Part shown: positions 43,824 through 53,511 of the stretch, piece after piece
How the letters are laid out: each line of letters opens with the position of its first letter
Numbering within the stretch: position 1 is the stretch's first letter
Assembly: GCA_000004985.1 (NCBI GenBank)
Contig: GG738846.1
DNA from: Naegleria gruberi
Lineage: Eukaryota
DNA: 64,000 nucleotides
Strand: one strand, 5' to 3'
Translations under genes and position numbers: made by a program
The notes under the pieces: generated by a model
What the model saw: only the letters and a program-made list of their open reading frames with translations
What the model was told of the DNA's origin: nothing
Databases searched by the model: none

Positions 43824-46190
43824 TTATGTACTTTCGAACATGGCCTTAATCAAGTTAGGGAATCTTCCATTATCTGTTATAGTACATGCTGAGCATTCAA
43901 TATCTGATGGTGCATTACACCAATAATATCCAGAAAGAATATACAGATTTCCTCCAGCCCAGTTAAAGATTGGCAGAATAGCTGCTAGAATTGCAAAGAA
44001 TGTAACGACAGACTTTACAGAACCAGTTGTAAGTGGAGGTTTGGCAGCAATTTTAAGTAATCTAAACTTGTCCAAGTAAACTTCAAATATAGAGGCAACG
44101 AGTCCAATAAGAGTGATCAGTGGGAAGCTCACAAATCCATTGTAGACTAAATATTGACGATAGATTAGTTCCAAGTACTCTTCTGAAACATCAAAGTCTG
44201 GTTTTGGAACTGGGGTGTCATCTTTTTTAACCAATTCCTTAACTTTTCGAGCAATTAATGGGAATACCAATTCAACTAAAAATGCCATAGAAAAGTCAAT
44301 AAACATCTGAATCATGTACTGATTGCCCATTACCTTAATCACACAAGGAGTGGCAAAAAACCCCTTGGTGAAACCCATGACAAACACACTGAAAAGTTTA
44401 AAGAATAAGAATTTGAAAGTATTATGTTTTCTGTAGGATGACCATGTTTTGTGTCTCTCTGAAAAGTAGATATTAGAATCAATAAAGTAATTAACCAACA
44501 TACCAAAATTAGTGAGATAAGCACAAATCTTCTTCCAAATAAAAGACATTACAGAAATAACAACAGAAATACCAATTGAGATTGCCGTCAGAATGTTACC
44601 ATTAGCAGAGAAGGTTGAATCTGCCAATTCGTACATCGCATTAACATTTTGTAAAATTGTAAAGCCCATTGTAACGCTGAAAGAAATCATCATAAAGATT
44701 GCGAAAACTGAATAGCTCAATATCATTCTGAACAAGTATTCTAAAAGTCTTATTTTTTGATTCTCCTTAATTTTATCAGATTCAGAATCCAAGAAATTCT
44801 CTTCACAATCATACAGGTCTCTCTTTTCATAGTACGTGTGAATTATCCACCAGTACAATGGCCCAAACGCTAGACTAATTACGATACATAGAGCATTCGT
44901 TGAAATCCACACCCAATACAAACTTCTACTATACGTAGAGGCATACAATTGGTCAATGATGGACAGGTCAAAGGAAGAAAAGCTATTTGCAATATCTTGA
45001 TAATCAACTACAAGGTGGACGATGATATTAAAGAGTTGAATGCAAAACAAAAAGGCATTCAACACAATCATCAATCTAGCAAAATCAAAATAGAGTTTTA
45101 CACCCAATCCATAGGCATCTTCGATGGCTGACCATCTACAGAAAAAACTAAGCTTTTTCTCTTCCTTCTCTTCTTTTACAGGTTGAATATTGTTATTGGA
45201 AACAACAGCTGTCAGGGCTTTATCTCTTACAATGTATGGTTGCCCTTTCGGAGTCATCTTTACAATGTACCCTTGGTCTCTCAATTCTTGGATTGTCATT
45301 GGATCCATTCTGTGATTATTAATGTGAAGAAAGTTCTTGACACTATTGCTCTTTGATTTCATAGCATCATGAACATTCATTGTTGATTTTGTTTTTTCCT
45401 TATAATTTCTCCAAATTTGATATTGATTTCCATAGACTTCTCTGTTTCTTCTTCTAACGTCTTCCATATAGTCAGCTTCAAGACCTCTAATACGCATGTT
45501 CAATGTACTTGCTGTATTGTTAGTCCTGTCTAATCTATGATTTGGTCTCATTGGTCCACTGAGTTGCACCTGCTGTTGTTGCTGGGCCATTTGATCGAAA
45601 GTAACTCTCCTTACTTGTCTTTCTCCAGAAAAATCGCTTACATTTCCAACACTAACAGAATTTGGTGAGAGAATTAAGGACGGAGTATTGGTGGTGGTGG
45701 TTGTTGTTGTCATTACGAGAGGTTTATCTACATAGATAACTTCATCTTCGGAGGTTCCAGAATTTCTTCTAAATGTATTTGTGTCCATTCTGGAAGTTAG
45801 AATAACATTGTTATTGCTACTAACATAGCTAATTGGTTGTTGTTGTTGTAGATCCATCGATCGAGATAGCATTGTATTTCCTCCTTGCATTGATGTTCTC
45901 AGCGTATTGGTTCCATTCATTGATGATCGAAGTGTATTATTATTATTATTCATTGAGGCACGAAGTGTAGAGGCGTGTAACGAATTTCTTAAAGAATGAT
46001 CAGAACGAGGAGAGAGGGCTATTTGAGTCGGTATATGTACAACATTATAAGTTTCATTTGGATCATAGGGAATTTGAATAGTATGTGCTGATGGTATTGA
46101 GAGTCGAGGGGAGAGGGAGACGGTTGGCCTCATTGGCGAGCCCCGATTCGATGTAATACTATCTCTTCGGCTACTATTGTGTGGGGGCAT
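43824..46190 (-). CDS. TMC-like (transmembrane channel-like, anoctamin/OSCA superfamily) multi-pass membrane protein, 788 aa.
   Basis: A long S/N/T-rich cytosolic N-terminus is followed by ~8-10 TM helices. A TMC-domain-like segment (...CVIKVMGNQYMIQMFIDF...FPLIARKVKELVKK...PDFDVSEEYLELIYRQYLVYNGFVSFPLITLIGL...) matches the TMC signature (CWETxVGQExYKL...EFDIsxNVLxLIYxQ). Confidence 0.6.
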   Translation of the reverse strand: MPPHNSSRRDSITSNRGSPMRPTVSLSPRLSIPSAHTIQIPYDPNETYNVVHIPTQIALSPRSDHSLRNSLHASTLRASMNNNNNTLRSSMNGTNTLRTSMQGGNTMLSRSMDLQQQQPISYVSSNNNVILTSRMDTNTFRRNSGTSEDEVIYVDKPLVMTTTTTTTNTPSLILSPNSVSVGNVSDFSGERQVRRVTFDQMAQQQQQVQLSGPMRPNHRLDRTNNTASTLNMRIRGLEADYMEDVRRRNREVYGNQYQIWRNYKEKTKSTMNVHDAMKSKSNSVKNFLHINNHRMDPMTIQELRDQGYIVKMTPKGQPYIVRDKALTAVVSNNNIQPVKEEKEEKKLSFFCRWSAIEDAYGLGVKLYFDFARLMIVLNAFLFCIQLFNIIVHLVVDYQDIANSFSSFDLSIIDQLYASTYSRSLYWVWISTNALCIVISLAFGPLYWWIIHTYYEKRDLYDCEENFLDSESDKIKENQKIRLLEYLFRMILSYSVFAIFMMISFSVTMGFTILQNVNAMYELADSTFSANGNILTAISIGISVVISVMSFIWKKICAYLTNFGMLVNYFIDSNIYFSERHKTWSSYRKHNTFKFLFFKLFSVFVMGFTKGFFATPCVIKVMGNQYMIQMFIDFSMAFLVELVFPLIARKVKELVKKDDTPVPKPDFDVSEEYLELIYRQYLVYNGFVSFPLITLIGLVASIFEVYLDKFRLLKIAAKPPLTTGSVKSVVTFFAILAAILPIFNWAGGNLYILSGYYWCNAPSDIECSACTITDNGRFPNLIKAMFEST

Positions 46191-46506
46191 AATATTGGTG
46201 AAGAAAAAATAAGAGTTTTTCTTTTTGATTAATTTTCAACCACCACAACAGCATTTGAACATCACGTAAGACAGGCCTTGATGGGTAATAAAATAAAACC
46301 ACCGTTGTGCTAAGGAAAATCGGGAGACCCTTCTTTCTAATGCAAACACGCGTTGCACAAGTTCTTTTAGCGGGAATGTTGTTTCCTTAATAGAGTCCGT
46401 AATTGACGGTTTGATGGTTAAGGAAGTGTGAAGTCTCAACAACTGTATCAGTATTAAGAATCACAACCATTCGGAAAACATTAGATTGCTTAATATTTTT
46501 ATTGGC

Positions 46507-48545
46507 TTAGTAATTCTTTTTATTAGAGAGCTTGGACATTCTATTTGGATTGTTAATACTGATTGGACCCTTTTGGTAATAATTGTTATTATCACTTCTA
46601 GAATTTCTAAATCTCTTCTCGTAGGAATTTCTTCTCAATTGTCGTTTTCTTGCTTGTTCACCCTTCATTCTTTCAAGATTTTCTGAGGCATTCTCCACAT
46701 TAATGGTTGTGAGTGGTTGATTGGTTACCATGGCATATTGAATTGCCTTTGCCAATTCAGTTTCCATCTTTCTATTGAGCAAGCAAGTTACTCTTCCGTC
46801 AGCGCCCATTCTTCCTGTTCTTCCCACTCTATGCATATAGTCAATAGAATTAAGAGGGAAATCAAAGAGAACTACATGGTCAACTGGAGATACCAAGTCT
46901 AATCCTCTAGCTGCAATATCAGTGGTAACCATAACTCTTACTCTACCTGTACTGAAAGCATCAAATTCCTCAGCTTGTTTTGGAGCCATCATTTCACCAT
47001 GGAAACAAGCTGCTTCAAGTCCTGCTTCTGTAATGGAGTGATGGACTGCTCTACAACTCTTCACAGTATTACAGAAAATGAGTACTCTTTCAGGGGCTGA
47101 TCTATTGGTATTGTCTTTTTCCGTGTTGCTTGTTATCTTTGGACCAAAGTTAACAATTTGGACCTTGTTTGTAAAATATGTATCATTATCATCAAGCTCT
47201 GAAAGACTTTCTAATAGTGCTTGATTTTTGATGGATGGTGTTGCAGAGGAATCTTCTTCGGTTTTTTGTTTGGTTGGTAATTTGGTTCTGATCTTTAATA
47301 CTCTTTCCACTAAATACTTCAACTTGTCTTGATTATTAGCATTAAGAGTTATAAATCTTTGCTTGATATGTGATTGAGTCTTGTGCATATCCTTATCAAT
47401 TAAATAGAGTATCTTTGAGTCTTCAACTCGTTCAGTTGTCTCATCTGAAGCAGTGACACTTTCAGCAAGTGATGCAGCTTCTGATTCTCCAAAATAGTGT
47501 TTCAAAAATCGTTCAACATTTGCATTGTAAGTAGCAAATACAAATCCAAATTGGACAAACTCTTTCACATATTTTCCTCTTTCAATACATGGAACGACAA
47601 TCTTTTCGAGGTCTGGTAAAAAGTCCTTAGCACACAGAGTATCTGCCTCATCCAAAACTACAAATCTAATATCAGAAAAGTAAACATGACCATCACCATG
47701 CATTTTGGAGAAAATTTGTGGAGTGGTAACTACAAGATCACATTTTGAACTCAAATCTCTCTTCATCCTCGCTTTTGACATGTCACTTCTCAATAAAACA
47801 GCTCTAAATTTCATATAGTGACTCAAATATTTGGCAGTTTTGTGAATTTGTGTTGCCAATTCTCTTGTTGGTGCAACAATCAAAAATTTTGGTTTCTTAA
47901 TTTGAGTTTCCATTCCTTTAACACTTTCCAAATGTTTCATCTTTTTCAAAAGTGGTAACAAGTAAGAAAGAGTCTTTCCAGTACCAGTTTGTGCGCCAAT
48001 ACAAAAGTTTTTCTTTCTATTTCTTCTATGTAATAATTGTGCAATTGCCAATTCTTGAATACTTGATGGTGTGGTAATATTATTTTCTTGTAATCCTCTC
48101 ACCAACTCTGGTTCCAAGTGGAAACTGAAAAAGTGTTGATTCTTATTCTCTTCCTCCCTATGATGAATAAAATCATTTGATTCTTCTTCGGAGTGTGATA
48201 AAGCAACTGGTGGTTCCAAAAGGGTGAGTGGTTTATAATCTCTTCTGACTGATGTTGAAGATGACGATGACGAAGAGGACGATGAAGGAGAGGATGATCT
48301 TCCTGTTGTTGTATTCCTTCTTGATGAAGTAGATCTTGATGAAAAAGATGTTTTCTTATTATTATTGTAAGAATTGTTGTTGATGATGATGAACCTCGTA
48401 AATAGGAATTAATTAGTGAAGATGAGAACTTATTCACTTGTTGACCAAGTAACTTCGAAGCTGATGATGCATCAACAATGACTTGTTGCTTCTTGGAAAA
48501 AATTCCGCAATTGAAAGTGATTGGGTTGAGAATAAATTTCTTCAT
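46507..48545 (-). CDS. DEAD-box ATP-dependent RNA helicase, probably mitochondrial (Mrh4/DDX28-like). A 5' presequence exon or frame lies at 48545-~48400, and the core in another frame from ~48420. They are joined either by a small intron (GTGAAT...AATAAG, ~82 nt) or by a 1-nt homopolymer error.
   Basis: The Q-motif (TTPSSIQELAIAQLL) is followed by motif I (AQTGTGKT), Ia (PTRELA), II (VLDEAD), V (TDIAARGLD), VI (HRVGRTGR) and an R/K-rich C-tail. No in-frame ATG lies upstream of the Q-motif. The only ATG, with an aaaaaaATG context, is in frame -1 and encodes MKKFILNPITFNCGIFSKKQQ..., a presequence-like peptide. Confidence 0.8.
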
Positions 48546-48787
48546 TTTTTTAATATTTTACTTTTTTCAATATTCCACAAAATGATTGAAAATATTTTCG
48601 AAATTATTAAATATTTGGATTTTTACAAAAAAAAGGAATATAAATTTTATTTGAATGAATTTATAATTTGATTTTTTTTATTGGATAACATCAATAAAAG
48701 ATTTTTTCGTATTTTCTAAAGATGGAAATTGTCTTTTTTGATAATTTGTAATATTGGCAGATACTAATCAAAAAAAAATAGATCAAG

Positions 48788-49102
48788 ATGATTCGAACGG
48801 TTTGCAAATCAGTATACAACCATCGAATGGTTTCTCATTTGAAAAGATCAATACAAAATAATTCTAAACGAAACTATTGTCAATCACAGTGTAAACTCTT
48901 CACACCAATCATTGTGGAGAGTGGATCATGTCTGGAAGGTTTCTTTTCCAATACCAAACTAGAATTTGATATTGAAACTGGACAATTAATATCAGATTAT
49001 CAAGATCCAAAACAAGTTTCGATTAATGGAACAAGAAATGATACGAATGAGTCATTTAAACACCCATTGGATTCAGAAATTGATTTATTCAAACAAATCT
49101 AA
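48788..49102 (+). CDS. Small hypothetical ORF (104 aa). Weak evidence.
   Basis: It is an isolated ORF with a basic N-terminus. It lies in the divergent promoter region of the helicase and may be spurious. Confidence 0.2.
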   Translation: MIRTVCKSVYNHRMVSHLKRSIQNNSKRNYCQSQCKLFTPIIVESGSCLEGFFSNTKLEFDIETGQLISDYQDPKQVSINGTRNDTNESFKHPLDSEIDLFKQI

Positions 49103-49246
49103 ATCAAATTATGCATCCTTGCTTTCTGTCAATTGGATATCTTTGGTATCATTTTCAACGTTTCCATTTTGAGTTTCCTCTTCTTTCGTCTGCACATTTT
49201 CAACTCCTGCAACTAATAGCCTTTTTTTTCAGCTTCCCTCTTTGCT

Positions 49247-50150
49247 TTAGCAATAGCTCTTTGCAATAATAATGTAGTGAAGTTTGTTGTCAAATAAATA
49301 ATAATCCNNNNNNNNNNNNNNNNNNNNNNNNNNNNNNNNNNNNNNNNNNNNNNNNNNACAAGTACCCAAACTAATACCCAAATTGAACATACTTCCCAAT
49401 AATCCCATATATTTAGGGAATGGCATCAACTCGACAACATACACCGAAGAAACTGCAGTGAGGATCCCCCTTCCAAACCCAAAATGCATCTAAAGACAAT
49501 CAATGTAGAATATTGATATGATGCAGCAGCTCCAATTGATCCAATAATTGAAATTAAACAACTGAGAATGATGGATAACTTTCTACCGAGTACAGATCCT
49601 GTAAACATGGCAAACAAACATCCAAACAATCCACCAATAAAGATACTACTAGCAAACAATCCCTGTAATATAGTTGTATCAAGATTGAATGAACTATTAG
49701 TTGCAGTTTTGGTTGCATTTCCGTTCAGAGAGTTGTTAGAGCTCAAATCTCTGGAATCGTATAAGGATGTGGTCTTGATTTGCATACAATGACCAAAATG
49801 ATGATAATCAACCATTTTACCCAGGCTCATTGCATATGTTGCAACAGAGAGTAAACATTCAAGATTTGTCCATTGTCCCTTAGATATCCAATCATTGTTA
49901 TAGCCATAAGAATCCTCTCTTCTTAATGAATTATTAAGGGAAAGCAATTCAAAAGTGCTGAGTGAGGAGGAGCTGGTGTTTGTGGTTACTGGGGATGAAG
50001 ACGTATTGGAAGGGAAGAATGCTTGTGAGGCACTAATAAAAGCACCTCCAATCGTTCCTAAAGCATAGCCATATAATAAACCTCCGAGCAAGTTGGTAAG
50101 AATTAGACAAATTGCAAGAAAAACTCTCTTTGACTTGCTATTGTTTTATA
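49247..50150 (-). CDS. MFS sugar-transporter-like gene, N-terminal ~300 aa only. It is interrupted by the assembly gap at 49308-49357, and its first coding exon is probably upstream via a short intron.
   Basis: TM1 (KRVFLAICLILTNLLGGLLYGYALGTIGGAFI) is followed by a long glycosylated loop 1, then TM2-4 with GRK and R-x-I-LG-x-G motifs (SVLGRKLSIILS...FRCILGLEGG), then P-x-Y-x-x-E-l-x-P (VYVVELMPFPKYMG). The ORF is open upstream of the track start but has no ATG, so there is likely a TAG acceptor ~50134-50145. Confidence 0.55.
49308..49357. other. Assembly gap (50 N), size unknown.
   Basis: Run of N. Confidence 1.
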
Positions 50151-50562
50151 TAAATAGGGTTAATGGTTGTTATTGTAATAAAAAATAGTAAATAATTACG
50201 TACATGTAACTTTCATACTTCTCAATATATTTGAGTGTATAGAATAATTTAATAGGGTTCTTCATGCTTATTAATAATAATTAATGGAAAACACGATGAA
50301 GGGATATATATTAAGGATGACTGTCAGATACACACTATGGCTAGATAAACGCAATGGTTACTGTGTACACAATTTTATCGAACAGAAAAACAGGCGAAAG
50401 CATATCCAATTTAGAAATGCTGCCAACATATATGGTGTTAGGCACCGTATTTCAGTCCATTTACAAGAGTAAATTTATACGGTTACGAGCATTGGAAACC
50501 TGTTGTTGGGAAATGTTAATGCACGCAGTTATCCTGCTGTGTTTATTTTGAGGATCATGTGG

Positions 50563-51612
50563 TTATAAGTTGTTAGAGAGAGGATAACATTTCAACACTT
50601 GCAAGTTGTTCATGAAGGGGCTTTGTTGAATGAATTGCTTTCCCTCTCGCCCAATCTTACAGAATGTTAAATCGAGGGATTGCAATAGAGACATGGATGA
50701 TCCCTCTCCAATGTATTTAACACCTTGACAACCAATCTTGCTGAATGTTAAATTAAGATGTTGCAATCTCAACATGAAAGGACTGTTGGCAATAAGTTTA
50801 CAGCCCTCATTAGTTATTTCGCAATGAGACAAATCCAAACTTTCTAGGTTTGATAAATTTCTACTCTCCATCAATTCTCTTAAACCATTAAACCCCACAT
50901 TACTAAATGTAAAATCCAAAACTTTCAATTGATTGAGATATGGGCTGGATGCAATGTATCTGGCTCCATCATCTCCCACAGTACAATTTCGTAAGTTGAG
51001 ATGAGTTAAATTGGCCAGTGGTGGACTCCTTGATAGTATTCTAATACTCTCACAATTTAAGGAACAATCACACAAATTCAATGTCTCTAGATTGGGTAAA
51101 TTTGTTGAGGAAGCTAGAGATTTTATACCTTCCAAGCCAATGTCACATCCAGATAAGTTGAGTGATTTGATATTCATCAGATATCTGCTCTGACAAAGGG
51201 CCCGTATCCCCTCTGTTCGCATCCTACTTCTATGCAAATTCAAATGTTGCAAGTTAGACAGAACACGACTCTGAACGAGTGAACTAATGCCTTCATCACC
51301 TAAAGGATGAAAACTCAAATCCAAATCACACACCTTCTTCATCCATCGATTGTCTGCAATAATTTCACCCAATTTGTGATTCAAACGAGGTGCAATTTTG
51401 ACTCTGAGTGGCAGCATAAAACAACAAGATTGCCACTGTCTATTCACCAAGCAACACTGTTTCAAAATCTCTCCTGATTGCAAATAATGTAAAATTTCCA
51501 CAATCATTTCATACGGCAAGTGATGAGTGGTGTGTTGATTTGTTGTTTGTTGGATCTTACTCATGCTAACATCCTTGACCTCATGCTGTTCATTGAGGCA
51601 AGTTACCAACAT
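50563..51612 (-). CDS. F-box / RNI-like LRR protein, 349 aa.
   Basis: The F-box is LPYEMIVEILHYLQSGEILKQCCLVNRQWQ. It is followed by ~9 RNI-type LRRs (L.NL..L.L..C.I...G...L). Confidence 0.75.
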   Translation of the reverse strand: MLVTCLNEQHEVKDVSMSKIQQTTNQHTTHHLPYEMIVEILHYLQSGEILKQCCLVNRQWQSCCFMLPLRVKIAPRLNHKLGEIIADNRWMKKVCDLDLSFHPLGDEGISSLVQSRVLSNLQHLNLHRSRMRTEGIRALCQSRYLMNIKSLNLSGCDIGLEGIKSLASSTNLPNLETLNLCDCSLNCESIRILSRSPPLANLTHLNLRNCTVGDDGARYIASSPYLNQLKVLDFTFSNVGFNGLRELMESRNLSNLESLDLSHCEITNEGCKLIANSPFMLRLQHLNLTFSKIGCQGVKYIGEGSSMSLLQSLDLTFCKIGREGKQFIQQSPFMNNLQVLKCYPLSNNL

Positions 51613-52205
51613 TTTTTGGGTGAATATCCTTAATATACTGGTTGTTTGTTGTGGATATGGAAACGTAATATTGTATGCTTAATTTGAGCATGAATCCCTT
51701 TACTGTGACAACGTATTCGAGAAAGTGAGAATACGTCCTTTGCTCAAAATACAAGTTAATACATCCATCTAGATTTTTCTTAACAGCGCTGTCATAGATG
51801 AATTAACTTGTACCTATGGGCATTGTAAACAAACTTACTCAAAACGTTTTCCTTATCATTTTTTATCAAGATTCCAGTCACATCCATCTAGAACGAAGTA
51901 CTCCACATATCAAAACTCCTGTCTTCTACAATTTTTTATGCTATGATTTTACAATAGCAACAAAAGCCACCTTTTACTGGAAGTTTTGAATCAAAAGATT
52001 TTTTGAATTTATGTAACAACAATCGAATTATTATCAGATAATCTGTCTTTATAAAACAATCAATGGACAGAAAATGGCATCAATATTCCTTGAATATAAA
52101 ATCATTGAACAAATAAAACATGATAGAAATGTTGCAACATGAAATTATAATAATAATTAATTTAAAAAAAATATTTTGATCATCACCACAACAAATCAGA
52201 CGACG

Positions 52206-53495
52206 ATGATGATGGAAGAATCGACAACAACAAGCAATCAAACACACATTCACGATTTGCCAACAGAGGTGATCGAGTTAACCTTTTCATTCTTGGGTAC
52301 AATTCCCTTGATGAGAAGTGTTTATCCTTCCTGTAGGAGATTCCACGAAATTATCAATGAAAGTGTAGTAAATTGGATGAGTTTAGAATTGTTCCCATTC
52401 ACTGATGGATATCAAGATGATGATAATTTTAAACTTGTAGATTTTGAAAATCCAATCAAGAAGCGTAACATTTCCAGCAGTGGTTTGATTAAACTTTTTG
52501 ACTTGTTGGTTCCAAAGTTTGGTAGCAAATTCCGTGATTTATCATTAACTTTTTCATCATTATTTACTTGTTCACCACCAGTTTTTGAAATGATCAGCAC
52601 ACATTGTACCAATATTAAATCCCTCAAAATTGAAGCACCTTCTTCCGGACGTCCAGCAATGGCTGCTAATTTATTGAAGGTTTTGGAGGCTTCTAGCTCA
52701 AATATTCAAGAACTTATTGTTCATGGAGGCTTTCCTCATTCTGATTTTCCTGCAATTTCAAAAGTAATTGGTAAAACTTTAAAGTCACTCTATATTGAAG
52801 AAAAGGAAGAAACAGAAGGTCACTCAACTCACTGTCCACAAGATAGAGATGCCTCTTATCAATATGTAGAGTTGGAACATTTGTATTTGGGTGGTGTAAA
52901 AGTTGACAAGGCTTTCTTGGAATCATATTTTAAGAATAGTTCCAAGTTAAAGTCAATAGTATTTGATCAATGTCATTTGAACATTGAGGCTATCATTGAC
53001 TTTTTAACTACATCTGAAGTAGTTAATAATGTACAACATTTAGAGTTCCTTTGTTGCTCCTTGAATACCAAAGTTATTCCAACCATGAATATGTGGGGAA
53101 GAATCTTTGACAAATGTCCAAACCTTGTTAATTTATTCATTCATTGTTCCAGTCCTTCTGACAACACTCAAGAGTATGATTTGTGCTTTGGAGATGCAGA
53201 AATAACAGCCTGTGTTGACAAGTGTAAAAAGCTTGAAGTATTAGACATTCGTAATAGTAGCATGAGTGGAAAGTTCTTCAAAGATCTTCAAAAAGCCAAA
53301 AAGTTGGAAACTCTCATTATGGAATCTAAAAATTGGAACATGTCAAACATTCTTACAGAACATGGCAGCCCAATTTATAGTCATTCTATTAAGAATTTGT
53401 GCATGTATGGAGATAAGTGTGATAACTCTTTGGAAAAGCCAATTTCTACTTTATTTCCAACAGTTGAGTTTGTACACTTTGACAAATTTGCTTAA
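52206..53495 (+). CDS. F-box / LRR-like protein (~429 aa). The first ATG is at 52206; the track start at 52176 is TTG.
   Basis: The F-box is LPTEVIELTFSFLGTIPLMRSVYPSCRRFHEII. The downstream Cys/Leu-rich repeats are FBXL-like. Confidence 0.6.
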   Translation: MMMEESTTTSNQTHIHDLPTEVIELTFSFLGTIPLMRSVYPSCRRFHEIINESVVNWMSLELFPFTDGYQDDDNFKLVDFENPIKKRNISSSGLIKLFDLLVPKFGSKFRDLSLTFSSLFTCSPPVFEMISTHCTNIKSLKIEAPSSGRPAMAANLLKVLEASSSNIQELIVHGGFPHSDFPAISKVIGKTLKSLYIEEKEETEGHSTHCPQDRDASYQYVELEHLYLGGVKVDKAFLESYFKNSSKLKSIVFDQCHLNIEAIIDFLTTSEVVNNVQHLEFLCCSLNTKVIPTMNMWGRIFDKCPNLVNLFIHCSSPSDNTQEYDLCFGDAEITACVDKCKKLEVLDIRNSSMSGKFFKDLQKAKKLETLIMESKNWNMSNILTEHGSPIYSHSIKNLCMYGDKCDNSLEKPISTLFPTVEFVHFDKFA

Positions 53496-53511
53496 AACTG
53501 AAACAAATAAA

